Virus record (IMG/VR): IMGVR_UViG_3300045988_092366
Origin: a virus
Direction: 5' to 3' (one strand)
DNA length: 64,000 bases
Shown here: positions 26,908 through 34,709 of the stretch, in pieces
How positions within the stretch are numbered: the first letter of the stretch is position 1
How the letters are laid out: every line of letters begins with the position of its first letter
Notes under the pieces: model-generated
The model's input: the letters and a program-made list of their open reading frames with translations, nothing else
Databases searched by the model: none
What the model was told of the DNA's origin: nothing
Program-made: the position numbers and the translations under genes

Positions 26908-27807
26908 CTATTGGTGAGACTTTAGCCACTTCTGAACATACCAAAGCTGGCCGCATCCACCACCAATATCATCTTGACCAGCTGGGTCAAATGTCCTTAC
27001 ATTATAACCCTTTTCTAAGAACTTATTCTGAAACTTCTTAATAACATCTAAGTTTCTAAACGCCGCATCTTTCATAGTTTCATCAGATGCGCAAACTACG
27101 CTAAAAGTAAAATTAAAGATTACAGGAGAAAACAGGTCTGTAAGTTCTTTAAAGTTCTTATCTCCATTATTGGTTCCATCAATGCAGTAATTTAAGAACG
27201 GATGTCTACCAGTTTCTTTCCACCAAACAGTTCCAGCATCCCTAATCTTTTGAAGATTCATCTTCTTCTTGAATGGAATTAACACATTCCGCTCTGCATC
27301 ATTGGACTTGTGGATAGAAAATTGTAGGCCGATTTTATCTATCTTTTTAGATAAAGCAATCATCTTTGCAAAAGTTTCATCATTATCGCATCCAATAGTA
27401 GAAAGCAATAATTGAGCATTACTAAACTTTTCGTGAAGATTGATAATTGCTTTCTCAACTTCTGTCCAATTTAACATAGGCTCGCCCATGCTCATAAACA
27501 TAAACTGTAACTTTTTACACTTTTCGTTAATGTCATTAATTAAACCTTTATCAGTTAAGACAGTTACAATCTGGTCTACAATTTCATCAGCAGTAAGATT
27601 CCTAACAAACTTAGACCCCGTGCCGCAAAAACGACATCCAACAGGACAACCGCTCATAACACTACAACAAATTACAGTTCTATCATAGTAACTATTATAT
27701 TTATATAGAACCGCTTCGGCGACCATATCTTCTTTTGTAAAGACATACTTCCATACATCGCCAGAGTTTCCCTCAAAAGTCTTAAAATTCATAACCGCTA
27801 CTTTCAT
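26908..27807 (-). CDS. RlmN/Cfr-family radical SAM RNA methyltransferase (short form)
   Basis: CSVMSGCPVGCRFCGTGSKFVRNLTADEIVDQI (CxxxCxxC plus the F.RNL...EI block) and C-terminal DDIGGGCGQLW (the RlmN catalytic Cys context). Confidence 0.7.
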   Translation of the reverse strand: MKVAVMNFKTFEGNSGDVWKYVFTKEDMVAEAVLYKYNSYYDRTVICCSVMSGCPVGCRFCGTGSKFVRNLTADEIVDQIVTVLTDKGLINDINEKCKKLQFMFMSMGEPMLNWTEVEKAIINLHEKFSNAQLLLSTIGCDNDETFAKMIALSKKIDKIGLQFSIHKSNDAERNVLIPFKKKMNLQKIRDAGTVWWKETGRHPFLNYCIDGTNNGDKNFKELTDLFSPVIFNFTFSVVCASDETMKDAAFRNLDVIKKFQNKFLEKGYNVRTFDPAGQDDIGGGCGQLWYVQKWLKSHQ

Positions 27808-28044
27808 TTAGCAATCTTCGTCAAAATAATAGTCTTCTAACATAGCGGGAATGCCGTCAAGCAGCTCATTCTCGCCAAGAGTCTCTAAAGAAACATCAAC
27901 CAAGTCGGCATCGTACATATCATAAAGCAGGTCAAGATATGCGTCACGGTCAGATTTACTAATCTCCATTGTATTCCTCTTCGTCATACTCGCCATCATT
28001 GCACATCCAATCATTGACGCATACCTTTTCAGGTTCATCTTCAA
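27808..28044 (-). CDS. Acidic small protein (78 aa)
   Basis: ORF; ATGA-type junction with the RlmN-like gene. Confidence 0.5.
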   Translation of the reverse strand: MKMNLKRYASMIGCAMMASMTKRNTMEISKSDRDAYLDLLYDMYDADLVDVSLETLGENELLDGIPAMLEDYYFDEDC

Positions 28045-28200
28045 TCAGATGCTTGCGGCAAATACCTAGATACCAAAGGTCTGTAGACTCATAATATTTG
28101 CAATTGCCGCAGATATTAGTCGCTTCAACCATTATTTCTTCTTTCTCTTGGTTTCTTTAACTATATTATAGCATATCTTTTAACCAAAAGTCAAGAAAAA

Positions 28201-28473
28201 TTAAGCATAAAATTCGTTGAAATCATTAAGCCAATCTAAGAGAGCTAAAGATGTAAGTGAAGCCATGTCCCATAACTGCTCAGCACAATAAGTACTAGTA
28301 TGAGAAGGATTCTTTTCCATAGCATTTACAACAAGCTCATGGAAAACAGCACGGTCAACCTTTTTAAGTTCATCGACAATCTTCTCAATATCCTTTTGCT
28401 GACTAAGATATACAATGAAATCAAGAATCATAGCAGTCATTTTATTAAGGTGCATACTACACATTTCACTCAT
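28201..28473 (-). CDS. Hypothetical protein (start trimmed to MSEMCSMHL)
   Basis: RBS GGAGACAGAAAT; ATGAGTGA overlap with the upstream stop. Confidence 0.45.
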   Translation of the reverse strand: MSEMCSMHLNKMTAMILDFIVYLSQQKDIEKIVDELKKVDRAVFHELVVNAMEKNPSHTSTYCAEQLWDMASLTSLALLDWLNDFNEFYA

Positions 28474-28948
28474 ATTTCTGTCTCCAAAGTTCACGTGCGG
28501 CCATTCGTGCTTCACGACATTCAGGAGAAGAATCATTCTTTCCTGTCTGCTGAAAAACATAATCTTCGATGAAATCATAACTATTTATATCAGTAACACT
28601 CTTTACAAACTTAGGGCAACATGTAGGCCACCAAGCTCCAACACGGCCGATTGTATAGAAGCACGAACCGAATCTCTCATGACGCTTTTCTTTTGAAGTA
28701 ACGTCACCTAACCAATGAACACATTCGCCGCATGTATGGTCAGAATTTACATCACAAAACTGAAAACAAGATTCACCAATAACATCGTGCATCTGACCTT
28801 TGCAAACGCAAGGAAAGAAATCATACCTTACGCGATTATTGCGACCTTCACAATGCTGCGGACAATGGCTTAATCCTTCACATGAAATTTCATATTCTTT
28901 TTTAGTCAGACTCATGCTTCTCCAATTTAGGATGAATTGCCCATTCAC
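28466..28948 (-). CDS. Cys-rich protein (160 aa, multiple CxxC/HC pairs)
   Basis: ORF in the tiling path. Confidence 0.5.
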   Translation of the reverse strand: MNGQFILNWRSMSLTKKEYEISCEGLSHCPQHCEGRNNRVRYDFFPCVCKGQMHDVIGESCFQFCDVNSDHTCGECVHWLGDVTSKEKRHERFGSCFYTIGRVGAWWPTCCPKFVKSVTDINSYDFIEDYVFQQTGKNDSSPECREARMAARELWRQKYE

Positions 28949-29099
28949 CGCATCTGTCTCCAGGCGCAGGCGATGGATGAACGGTACGAATCATAAAGTC
29001 CATGTCTTGGATTACGTTTGGCGGGAAACGATAGCATGAGCGTCCTCGATAATATTTACAATTATCGCAAATCCTTTGCACCTTATGCTTGACTTCCAT
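28902..29099 (-). CDS. Cys-rich small protein (CDNCKYYRGRSCYRF)
   Basis: ORF. Confidence 0.4.
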   Translation of the reverse strand: MEVKHKVQRICDNCKYYRGRSCYRFPPNVIQDMDFMIRTVHPSPAPGDRCGEWAIHPKLEKHESD

Positions 29100-29101
29100 G
29101 T

Positions 29102-29638
29102 TTACTCTCCAAGCTCAATCTTTTTCTGCTGGACATCGAGCCAAATGTCGTGAATATTGACAGGAGTAAGGTTATTCGTGTCAACGCCTACGTGATACGT
29201 CCAATCAGCAAGGCCTTTAGGAGCCGCATCATGGACATGACCATACAGAATGACATTGGCGCTGTCTCCACACATTTCCTCGGGACGCTCGTGAATCATA
29301 ATGAAACTAACATCGTTGTAATCAAGGCAAGACACCTTGTTTTCGATAATCCAGCCGAGCTTTTCCATTTCTGCAATGCGCTTCTTGGTATCATGATTGC
29401 CGGGAATCACATGAATCTTGCCGTTAAGACGAGAACCGTACTTAGCTACAGTCTCAAGCGGTCCCATGAAGCAATCACCAAGATGATAAACAGTATCACC
29501 AGGAGATACAACAGAGTTCCACTTTTCAACGATGTGTTCGTTCATATCTTCGACCGTATTAAAAGGACGCGACTGGTCACAATAGGTGATAATATTCTTG
29601 TGAGAAAAGTGAGTGTCGCTTACTACAAAGGTGCTCAT
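29102..29638 (-). CDS. Calcineurin-like metallophosphoesterase
   Basis: Start trimmed to MSTFVVSDTHFSH (RBS AAGGAG). Motifs VVSDTHF, YHLGDCF and IPGNHDT. Confidence 0.7.
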   Translation of the reverse strand: MSTFVVSDTHFSHKNIITYCDQSRPFNTVEDMNEHIVEKWNSVVSPGDTVYHLGDCFMGPLETVAKYGSRLNGKIHVIPGNHDTKKRIAEMEKLGWIIENKVSCLDYNDVSFIMIHERPEEMCGDSANVILYGHVHDAAPKGLADWTYHVGVDTNNLTPVNIHDIWLDVQQKKIELGE

Positions 29639-29654
29639 TGAATCTCCTTTCGAT

Positions 29655-29695
29655 TTCTTAAATATATTATAACATAATATATAGCCAATAGTCAA
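29655..29695 (-). promoter_or_regulatory. Promoter TTGACT-18-tgtTATAAT-ATATTTAAG
   Basis: Reverse complement of cttaaatatattataacataatatatagccaatagtcaa. Confidence 0.6.
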
Positions 29696-29705
29696 CAAAA
29701 AAAAT

Positions 29706-29724
29706 AGGGACTCAAGAGAGTCCC
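29706..29724 (-). terminator. Hairpin gggactcaagagagtccc plus T8 (minus strand)
   Basis: Sits between the RNA-element array and the phosphoesterase promoter. Confidence 0.65.
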
Positions 29725-29740
29725 TACAAAAATATCAATG

Positions 29741-29823
29741 TGTGCGGAAAAAGTTTATTCAGTGCTGGATGGTCATAAAAATTGCTATATGAAGTAACTG
29801 AATAATAATCACGCACATTTGCG
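29741..29823 (-). ncRNA. Two-stem structured RNA element, copy A
   Basis: tgtgcg...cgcaca terminal stem and agtttattcagt/actgaataa inner stem around a 40-nt variable core. Confidence 0.5.
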
Positions 29824-29990
29824 TCTATATAGCTCGCACACTATATAGGCGAGAAAGGGGTTTACAAATAAAGGCAAGGAAAAAGTGTAAAGAGTGTTGG
29901 TGGGGTTGCCTCTTTCTAATGAAAGCTGCTCTTATTTAAACATATAACGAAGTAACTCTTTACTAATCACTTGCCGCACAAGAGAAAGCG

Positions 29991-30066
29991 ATACGGAAAT
30001 AGGTGTTTCAGTTTGAGTAATCAGCTCAGAATGGAGATTTGAAGTATCTGGAACATTATCACGTAT
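29991..30066 (-). ncRNA. Two-stem structured RNA element, copy F (compensatory variant atacg/cgtat)
   Basis: atacggaaa...gtttcagtt...tctggaac...atcacgtat. A 3'-half remnant of a further copy lies at 29948-29982. Confidence 0.45.
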
Positions 30067-30087
30067 CGCCTACTTTAATAAAATGAA

Positions 30088-30195
30088 TGCGGAAAAGGTT
30101 AAATCAGTTTAAACGTGCAACCGACACAGAGCTGGAGTCGAACCAGCGAGTACATTTTTCCAGAATGAAGTAACTGATTTATTATCACGCATTAT
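30088..30195 (-). ncRNA. Two-stem structured RNA element, copy B, carrying a tRNA T-arm mimic in the core
   Basis: aatgcg/cgcatt and aaatcagtt/aactgattt stems. Core (minus strand) contains GCTGG-TTCGACT-CCAGC. Confidence 0.55.
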
Positions 30196-30208
30196 AATAA
30201 ATAAGATA

Positions 30209-30295
30209 AATGCGGAAAAGTTAGATTCAGTGTCTAATTATTAACATACCAAAATTAATGAAGTAACTGAATCTTAATCACGCATTTAATAAACG
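30209..30295 (-). ncRNA. Two-stem structured RNA element, copy C
   Basis: aatgcg/cgcatt and tagattcagt/actgaatcta stems. Confidence 0.5.
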
Positions 30296-30398
30296 TTGGT
30301 GCCGCATCTAGGTACCGCCCCTAGCCAGTCTAAGACAGAAGATTTACAGTCTTCCCCTCGTCTTTAAAGGAATACTGCGGCAATTATAATTTAAAATT

Positions 30399-30504
30399 TA
30401 GTATGCCTTGTCTTGGGTTCGGGAGTCGGACCCGAATGCCTTGCGGCGCTATTTTTTGAGAATAGTGTGTATGCCAGTTCCACCAACCCAAGATAAGGCA
30501 TACT
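30399..30504 (-). ncRNA. 20-bp inverted repeat (19/20 match) enclosing a 66-nt loop with a T-arm-like hairpin
   Basis: agtatgccttgtcttgggtt ... aacccaagataaggcatact. Loop (minus strand) has CGGG-TCCGACT-CCCG and aaaaaatagcgccgc. Confidence 0.5.
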
Positions 30505-30513
30505 AACATGCCT

Positions 30514-30960
30514 TTAATTTGTCTGTTTCTGAATCCCAAGCTGGTCAAAAAACTCGTCTGGAATAAACTTGTCATCCAAAGGCTGATAATCTTTCCAGAT
30601 AATCAGAGGATACCAAGTCTTTGACCACTCGGTAAATTCAGCGAATTCATCATTATATCCAAAAGAAACAGCAAAACCAAACCAGCTTGGTTTGACATGC
30701 GGGAAAGTCTTTTTGATAATTCCCTCGTTGTCAACAAAATCGCCGATACGACCGCAAATAGTACAAACGTTCCTATAAGCATAAGTCCATGTGCCAGCGT
30801 ACTTATCAAAGTAATTGATAACAATGCTCTTATCGTAAGTGTGTTTATGATTGGCTTTCTTCACTGTCTTTTTCTTTTTACGAGCGGGAGCATTGGCCGC
30901 ATCGTCAGGAATATAAGCGTATTTAGTTGCCAATACTTCATCCTTATAAGGATACGACAT
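30514..30960 (-). CDS. Hypothetical protein (148 aa), CxxC present
   Basis: ORF with RBS AAAAGGAGC; the 20-bp IR hairpin lies just 3' of it. Confidence 0.5.
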   Translation of the reverse strand: MSYPYKDEVLATKYAYIPDDAANAPARKKKKTVKKANHKHTYDKSIVINYFDKYAGTWTYAYRNVCTICGRIGDFVDNEGIIKKTFPHVKPSWFGFAVSFGYNDEFAEFTEWSKTWYPLIIWKDYQPLDDKFIPDEFFDQLGIQKQTN

Positions 30961-31005
30961 TTACAAAGCTCCTTTTCTGCTTTTGGATAAATTGAGTAGC
31001 TATCT

Positions 31006-31063
31006 ACTCTGCTGGAATGGTAGGACTCGAACCTACAACAATGCTGGCTGCTTACACATCAGC
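31006..31063 (-). tRNA. 3' half of a split tRNA gene (variable region, T-arm GTAGG-TTCGAGT-CCTAC, acceptor CATTCCA)
   Basis: Acceptor 3' strand pairs 7/7 (one GU) with TGGAGTG of the 5' half at 31544-31550. Confidence 0.5.
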
Positions 31064-31483
31064 TTACCAGTTCTTTACTACTTCCTCCAATTCATAATCT
31101 TTTGCCCAAGTTACTCCCCTGCTTTGCCCATTCTTTGCAGGAAGAACACGAAGTTTTTTATCTGCTCCGCATTCATCGACAGGAATCAAGTAACATTTTT
31201 TATTGAACGAAGTAACAAAATAATCAATTTCATCTTTTGTATATTTATGATGAATTATCTTACCATCTTTACGATTACAGCTTCTTCCACTAAAACTAAA
31301 AGAAGCTCCATTGTCATTTGTATGAGAAGTTTTACTTTGAATTCGTAAAAATTTTCCTCCTGCATCAACTACAAAATCATATCTTTCACAATCTCCATAT
31401 GGAGTTAATACATTGAAACCCAATTTTAAAAAGGCTAACATAGCTTCAAATTCCGTTACGTTGCCTATTTGTTTACTATTCAT
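31064..31483 (-). CDS. PD-(D/E)XK nuclease (Hjc-like), homing-endonuclease-like, inserted inside a tRNA gene
   Basis: GNVTEFEAMLAFLKLGFNVLTPYGDCERYDFVVDAGGKFLRIQSKTSH. The D...D...QxK core is shared with the N-terminus of 38286..39035. Confidence 0.6.
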   Translation of the reverse strand: MNSKQIGNVTEFEAMLAFLKLGFNVLTPYGDCERYDFVVDAGGKFLRIQSKTSHTNDNGASFSFSGRSCNRKDGKIIHHKYTKDEIDYFVTSFNKKCYLIPVDECGADKKLRVLPAKNGQSRGVTWAKDYELEEVVKNW

Positions 31484-31511
31484 ATTTGTTTCATAAAGCT
31501 AGTAAGGTCAG

Positions 31512-31550
31512 GTAAACAGCCGCGTGCTCTACCATTGAGCTACACTCCAG
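31512..31550 (-). tRNA. 5' half of the split tRNA (acceptor TGGAGTG, D-arm GCTC-AATGGTA-GAGC, start of anticodon stem)
   Basis: Reverse complement TGGAGTGTAGCTCAATGGTAGAGCACGCGGCTGTTTACC. The ATG of the nuclease ORF follows about 25 nt later. Confidence 0.5.
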
Positions 31551-31578
31551 CAGGGTAGATAAACCACATTTTGTTCTA

Positions 31579-31647
31579 TTGGAGCGGCAAGACTCGAACT
31601 TGCGACACGTTGAGTTAACAACATTCTACCAACTGAATTACACTCCA
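31579..31647 (-). tRNA. tRNA-like gene (69 nt) with canonical acceptor, D and T arms but a truncated anticodon arm and a 12-13-bp extended acceptor helix
   Basis: TGGAGTG-TA-ATTC AGTTGGTA GAAT-[GTTGTTAACTCAACGTGTC]-GCAAG TTCGAGT CTTGC-CGCTCCA-A. Flanked by ttctattgga/tccaatagaa. Confidence 0.45.
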
Positions 31648-31877
31648 ATAGAACGAATTACTTAGATAAAAGGACGTTATGAAGATAACCGTCAGCTTCT
31701 TCAAACGTATCAAAGCTCTTGATGATTTCAAAACGAACAACAGAGCAATCAGTGTTGACACGAATCGAATAGATGCCGCAAGTCTTTTCACGGCAGATAA
31801 CGAACTTTTTCATAACTTCCTTCTCTCTCTTGGTTTATATATATTATATCATTATATAAACCAGAAGTCAAGAAAAA

Positions 31878-31978
31878 TATGCGGAAAAATTGCATTCAGA
31901 CTATAAGTGCGGCGTACCGCATCCTTAAAATAAAAATTGTCTTCAAGAAGTAACTGAATTCTCGTCACGCATATCAAA
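31878..31978 (-). ncRNA. Two-stem structured RNA element, copy E
   Basis: atgcggaaaa...gcattcagac...gaagtaactgaattc...tcacgcat. Confidence 0.45.
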
Positions 31979-32206
31979 TTACTAATTAAGAAAGAATGAC
32001 ACCCTGCTTTGCCTTGTTAATCTTGCGGCGAAGTTTGCGCATAATGCCGACATTCTCTGAGTTCTTACCCTTGCGATTAATAAGCATCTGATAACGCTGT
32101 TCCATCGTCTCGATTGACTGTGCCATACTTTCTTACCTTTCTCTTGGTTAAATATATTATATCAAATTATTCAACTATTTGTCAAATAATTTTTTATAAA
32201 CAAGGT

Positions 32207-32277
32207 GGCGAGAGGGAAGAGTCGAACTTCCAACTGTTGCATATGAAACAACTGTGATACCTTTTCACCACTCCGCA
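32207..32277 (-). tRNA. tRNA-Met/Ile(CAU)-like, probably degenerate (acceptor stem does not pair)
   Basis: D-arm GTGA-AAAGGTA-TCAC; anticodon arm GTTGT-TTCATAT-GCAAC (CAU); T-arm GGAAG-TTCGACT-CTTCC. 5' TGCGGAG versus 3' CTCTCGC mismatched. Confidence 0.35.
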
Positions 32278-32707
32278 TGTTTGTAGTTTTCACATCTGCC
32301 GAGGTTTGAAAACTACCAAAATATACCAGATTCCTCTTCCCCTAGGCGCTTCTTTTCAAGTATGCGCTGGCCCGCATTGTCTACGGCTACAGAGACGGCA
32401 TATATAAAATCTTGCAAGCAAGATAATATAATCACGTGGACGGTTTCAAACTGGGAAAACCGCCAACCCTTTAATCTATAATCCCTGCAAAAGACTATAG
32501 AAGTCGGGAGACATTTACCTTGCAGCGATAACCTCTCCCCAAGCATTGGATATAACATAATCGCTAGGTGCTATTCTCACCAATTAGACTAACCGCCGCT
32601 AACTCGGCCTGTCCGGGAGTCGAACCCGAATCTTCACCATCACGATTTGTTAACTATATTATACAAAATTACTCGGCGTTTGTCAAGTAATTTTTTAATT
32701 ATTTTGG

Positions 32708-32780
32708 CTGGTTCTGAGAGATTCGCACTCCCGTGACCACATTCAGAGTGTGGCATCCTAAGCTACTAGATGAAGAACCA
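32708..32780 (-). tRNA. tRNA-Gln(CUG) candidate (73 nt, non-canonical D-arm)
   Basis: Acceptor TGGTTCT/AGAACCA pairs 7/7; anticodon arm CCACA-CTCTGAA-TGTGG; T-arm GGGAG-TGCGAAT-CTCTC. Confidence 0.5.
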
Positions 32781-32781
32781 A

Positions 32782-32857
32782 TGGTCTGCTCAGCTTGACT
32801 TGAACAAGCAACCCCAAGTTCCCAAAACTTGAGCTCTACCAATTGCGCTATGAGCAG
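32782..32857 (-). tRNA. tRNA-Pro(UGG) with encoded CCA
   Basis: CTGCTCA-TA-GCGC AATTGGTA GAGC-T-CAAGT TTTGGGA ACTTG-GGGTT-GCTTG TTCAAGT CAAGC-TGAGCAG-A-CCA. All stems pair. Confidence 0.8.
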
Positions 32858-32975
32858 AAAATGGACAAATTTATATAGCGACTGCCCAAACCGCTAAATT
32901 AACTTGGGATAAGCACAGACGAATTCAAAGTTCGCTCTACTTATCACTTGGAGAGTGTCTAAGATTAGCACTCTG

Positions 32976-33059
32976 AGCAGGAAGTCAGATTTGAACTGAC
33001 GTGTTCGTAAAGAAGCGGGCTTACAAGACCCGTGCCATCGACCGCTAGGCGATTCCTGC
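32976..33059 (-). tRNA. Class II-type tRNA (84 nt), anticodon ambiguous (UGU or GUA)
   Basis: Acceptor GCAGGAA/TTCCTGC perfect; 3-bp D-stem GCC...GGC with GG in the loop; anticodon arm CGGGT-CTTGTAA-GCCCG; 14-nt variable arm; T-arm GTCAG-TTCAAAT-CTGAC. Confidence 0.6.
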
Positions 33060-33081
33060 TCAGAATGTTAAAAGAAAAATG

Positions 33082-33114
33082 AGCCTGCAATACTCTAGAA
33101 ATCTTGCAGGCTCT
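33082..33114 (-). terminator. Hairpin gagcctgcaa...ttgcaggctc plus T-run, between an upstream TTGACA/TATAAT promoter and the tRNA array (terminator or attenuator)
   Basis: 10-bp stem; the promoter lies at about 33188-33216 on the minus strand. Confidence 0.5.
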
Positions 33115-33233
33115 AACACCACTATTACAATATAAAAGTTGCGCAACAAAAATTATAACTTTTTGCCCAGAACTTTTATCTTGTAACTAAAGTTATTATA
33201 CCATATTGGTATAACGTCTGTCAAGAACTTTTT

Positions 33234-33767
33234 TTAGCTGTCAAACCAATAGACAACAAGAATATCTTGCGGAGTTAGATAATATGCTCCTTCAATGCTA
33301 CAATAACGCTTAATGTCCTCGATAAAATCGCCAACACTATCTTTAAGCTCATTGTTAGAGGAATGACTTCCGAGCATATCATCAATCGCATACTTAGTAG
33401 AACTAATCATATTGTAATGACTGATAATATCAGAAAGCATGACCGCATTATATCCATATGCGCCACCATCTTCCCACTCTTCCCATTCTTTGAGAATCTT
33501 TTGCGGCACAAGGTCATCATATGCGAAATACTTGCCAATAGGACAAGCAGATTCATCTACATATACACGACCATTGCCATCCATGAGCCAAGAAAATAAC
33601 TCATAGTTGCGACCATTGTATGGCTCTGCATAACTATACACGACATTATCATCGTCGTTATCGTAATACTGAGAAAACAACTCTACCGGATAATACTTCT
33701 CGCATCCATTCTTTCGTGCATGCTCGCTAGTCTTGCGAGCAAGATAAACATGAATGTCCTGTCCCAT
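33234..33767 (-). CDS. Hypothetical protein (start trimmed to MGQDIHVY)
   Basis: RBS AAGGAG immediately after the upstream stop. Confidence 0.5.
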   Translation of the reverse strand: MGQDIHVYLARKTSEHARKNGCEKYYPVELFSQYYDNDDDNVVYSYAEPYNGRNYELFSWLMDGNGRVYVDESACPIGKYFAYDDLVPQKILKEWEEWEDGGAYGYNAVMLSDIISHYNMISSTKYAIDDMLGSHSSNNELKDSVGDFIEDIKRYCSIEGAYYLTPQDILVVYWFDS

Positions 33768-33777
33768 AAAAAGCTCC

Positions 33778-34128
33778 TTACAGCGTGTCCCTGTCATATA
33801 CCTGACAGGAAAAGTTTAAGTCCATAAGATTGGCGTAAATATCACTAAGTCGATTTGCAATATCCGCACGAGTGTTATTCTTGCACGAACGACCATTAAG
33901 ATTCTTAATCTCGTTTTCCAAGTCACTCAGCTCAGAGTTGATAGCGTGCTGAACCTCGTACAAATCATCGCCGATAAGACCTTCAACACCAGTTGCGTAC
34001 TGTGCTTCATGATAGGAAAGCATCACGGACTCTAATTCATCATAGTTGAAGCCGTTCTCTTTCAAGCAAACGTCCAAGTCGCGCTTCGAGTCAATATTGT
34101 AATATTTATCTTTGACAAACAAATCCAT
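33778..34128 (-). CDS. Hypothetical protein (116 aa)
   Basis: ORF with AGAGAGGAAGG RBS and conserved promoter. Confidence 0.5.
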   Translation of the reverse strand: MDLFVKDKYYNIDSKRDLDVCLKENGFNYDELESVMLSYHEAQYATGVEGLIGDDLYEVQHAINSELSDLENEIKNLNGRSCKNNTRADIANRLSDIYANLMDLNFSCQVYDRDTL

Positions 34129-34196
34129 GATACCTTCCTCTCTCTTTCTTTAACTATATTATATAACTTCTTAAACCTCTTGGCAAGAACTTTTTT

Positions 34197-34616
34197 TTAA
34201 CTAAATAGCTTTAGCAGACGAGCGAAATCTTGGTCAAGAAGAGACTCATAGGAAGGACGGCTTGTGCGGACAGTCTTTGTATCCTTAGTGTCCTTTTCAA
34301 TTTCCTCAATCTGCTTCTTGATTTTCTCAGCCTGAGACTTTAGGTCAGCTAGCTTAGCCGCACGCTCTTCGCGCTCCTTCTTAATCTTTTCAGCCTGTTC
34401 CTTATCCTTCTTCTGCTTGCGGCCATTGGATACAGTCATAAGCTCGCGCGTAAGAGTGCTAGTTAGCTCATCAATAACCTTCATAGCATCTTTACCGCTA
34501 GCTTTATGGTCTAGGTCAAGGCCGTCAGAATCAGTTACATGTACACCAAAGTCTACAACACCATCCTCATTCGTTGTCATAGCTAGATTAAAGTTTAGAC
34601 CATAAGATTCTGCCAT
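34197..34616 (-). CDS. Lys/Glu-rich coiled-coil protein (139 aa)
   Basis: ORF in the tiling path. Confidence 0.5.
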   Translation of the reverse strand: MAESYGLNFNLAMTTNEDGVVDFGVHVTDSDGLDLDHKASGKDAMKVIDELTSTLTRELMTVSNGRKQKKDKEQAEKIKKEREERAAKLADLKSQAEKIKKQIEEIEKDTKDTKTVRTSRPSYESLLDQDFARLLKLFS

Positions 34617-34709
34617 TTACCATTCTCCTTTTAATTCTTTTGTTCCTTTAACTTCGTTAATATTATAACAAATATTTTTTTAGAAGTCAACTATTTTATT
34701 GAAAATATT

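Noticed and set aside
30088-30195. Reading element B (and the other two-stem elements) as ordinary tRNA genes
   Set aside because: Only a T-arm is present. No D-arm or anticodon arm can be placed, and the terminal helix does not match tRNA acceptor geometry. The same scaffold recurs with unrelated cores.
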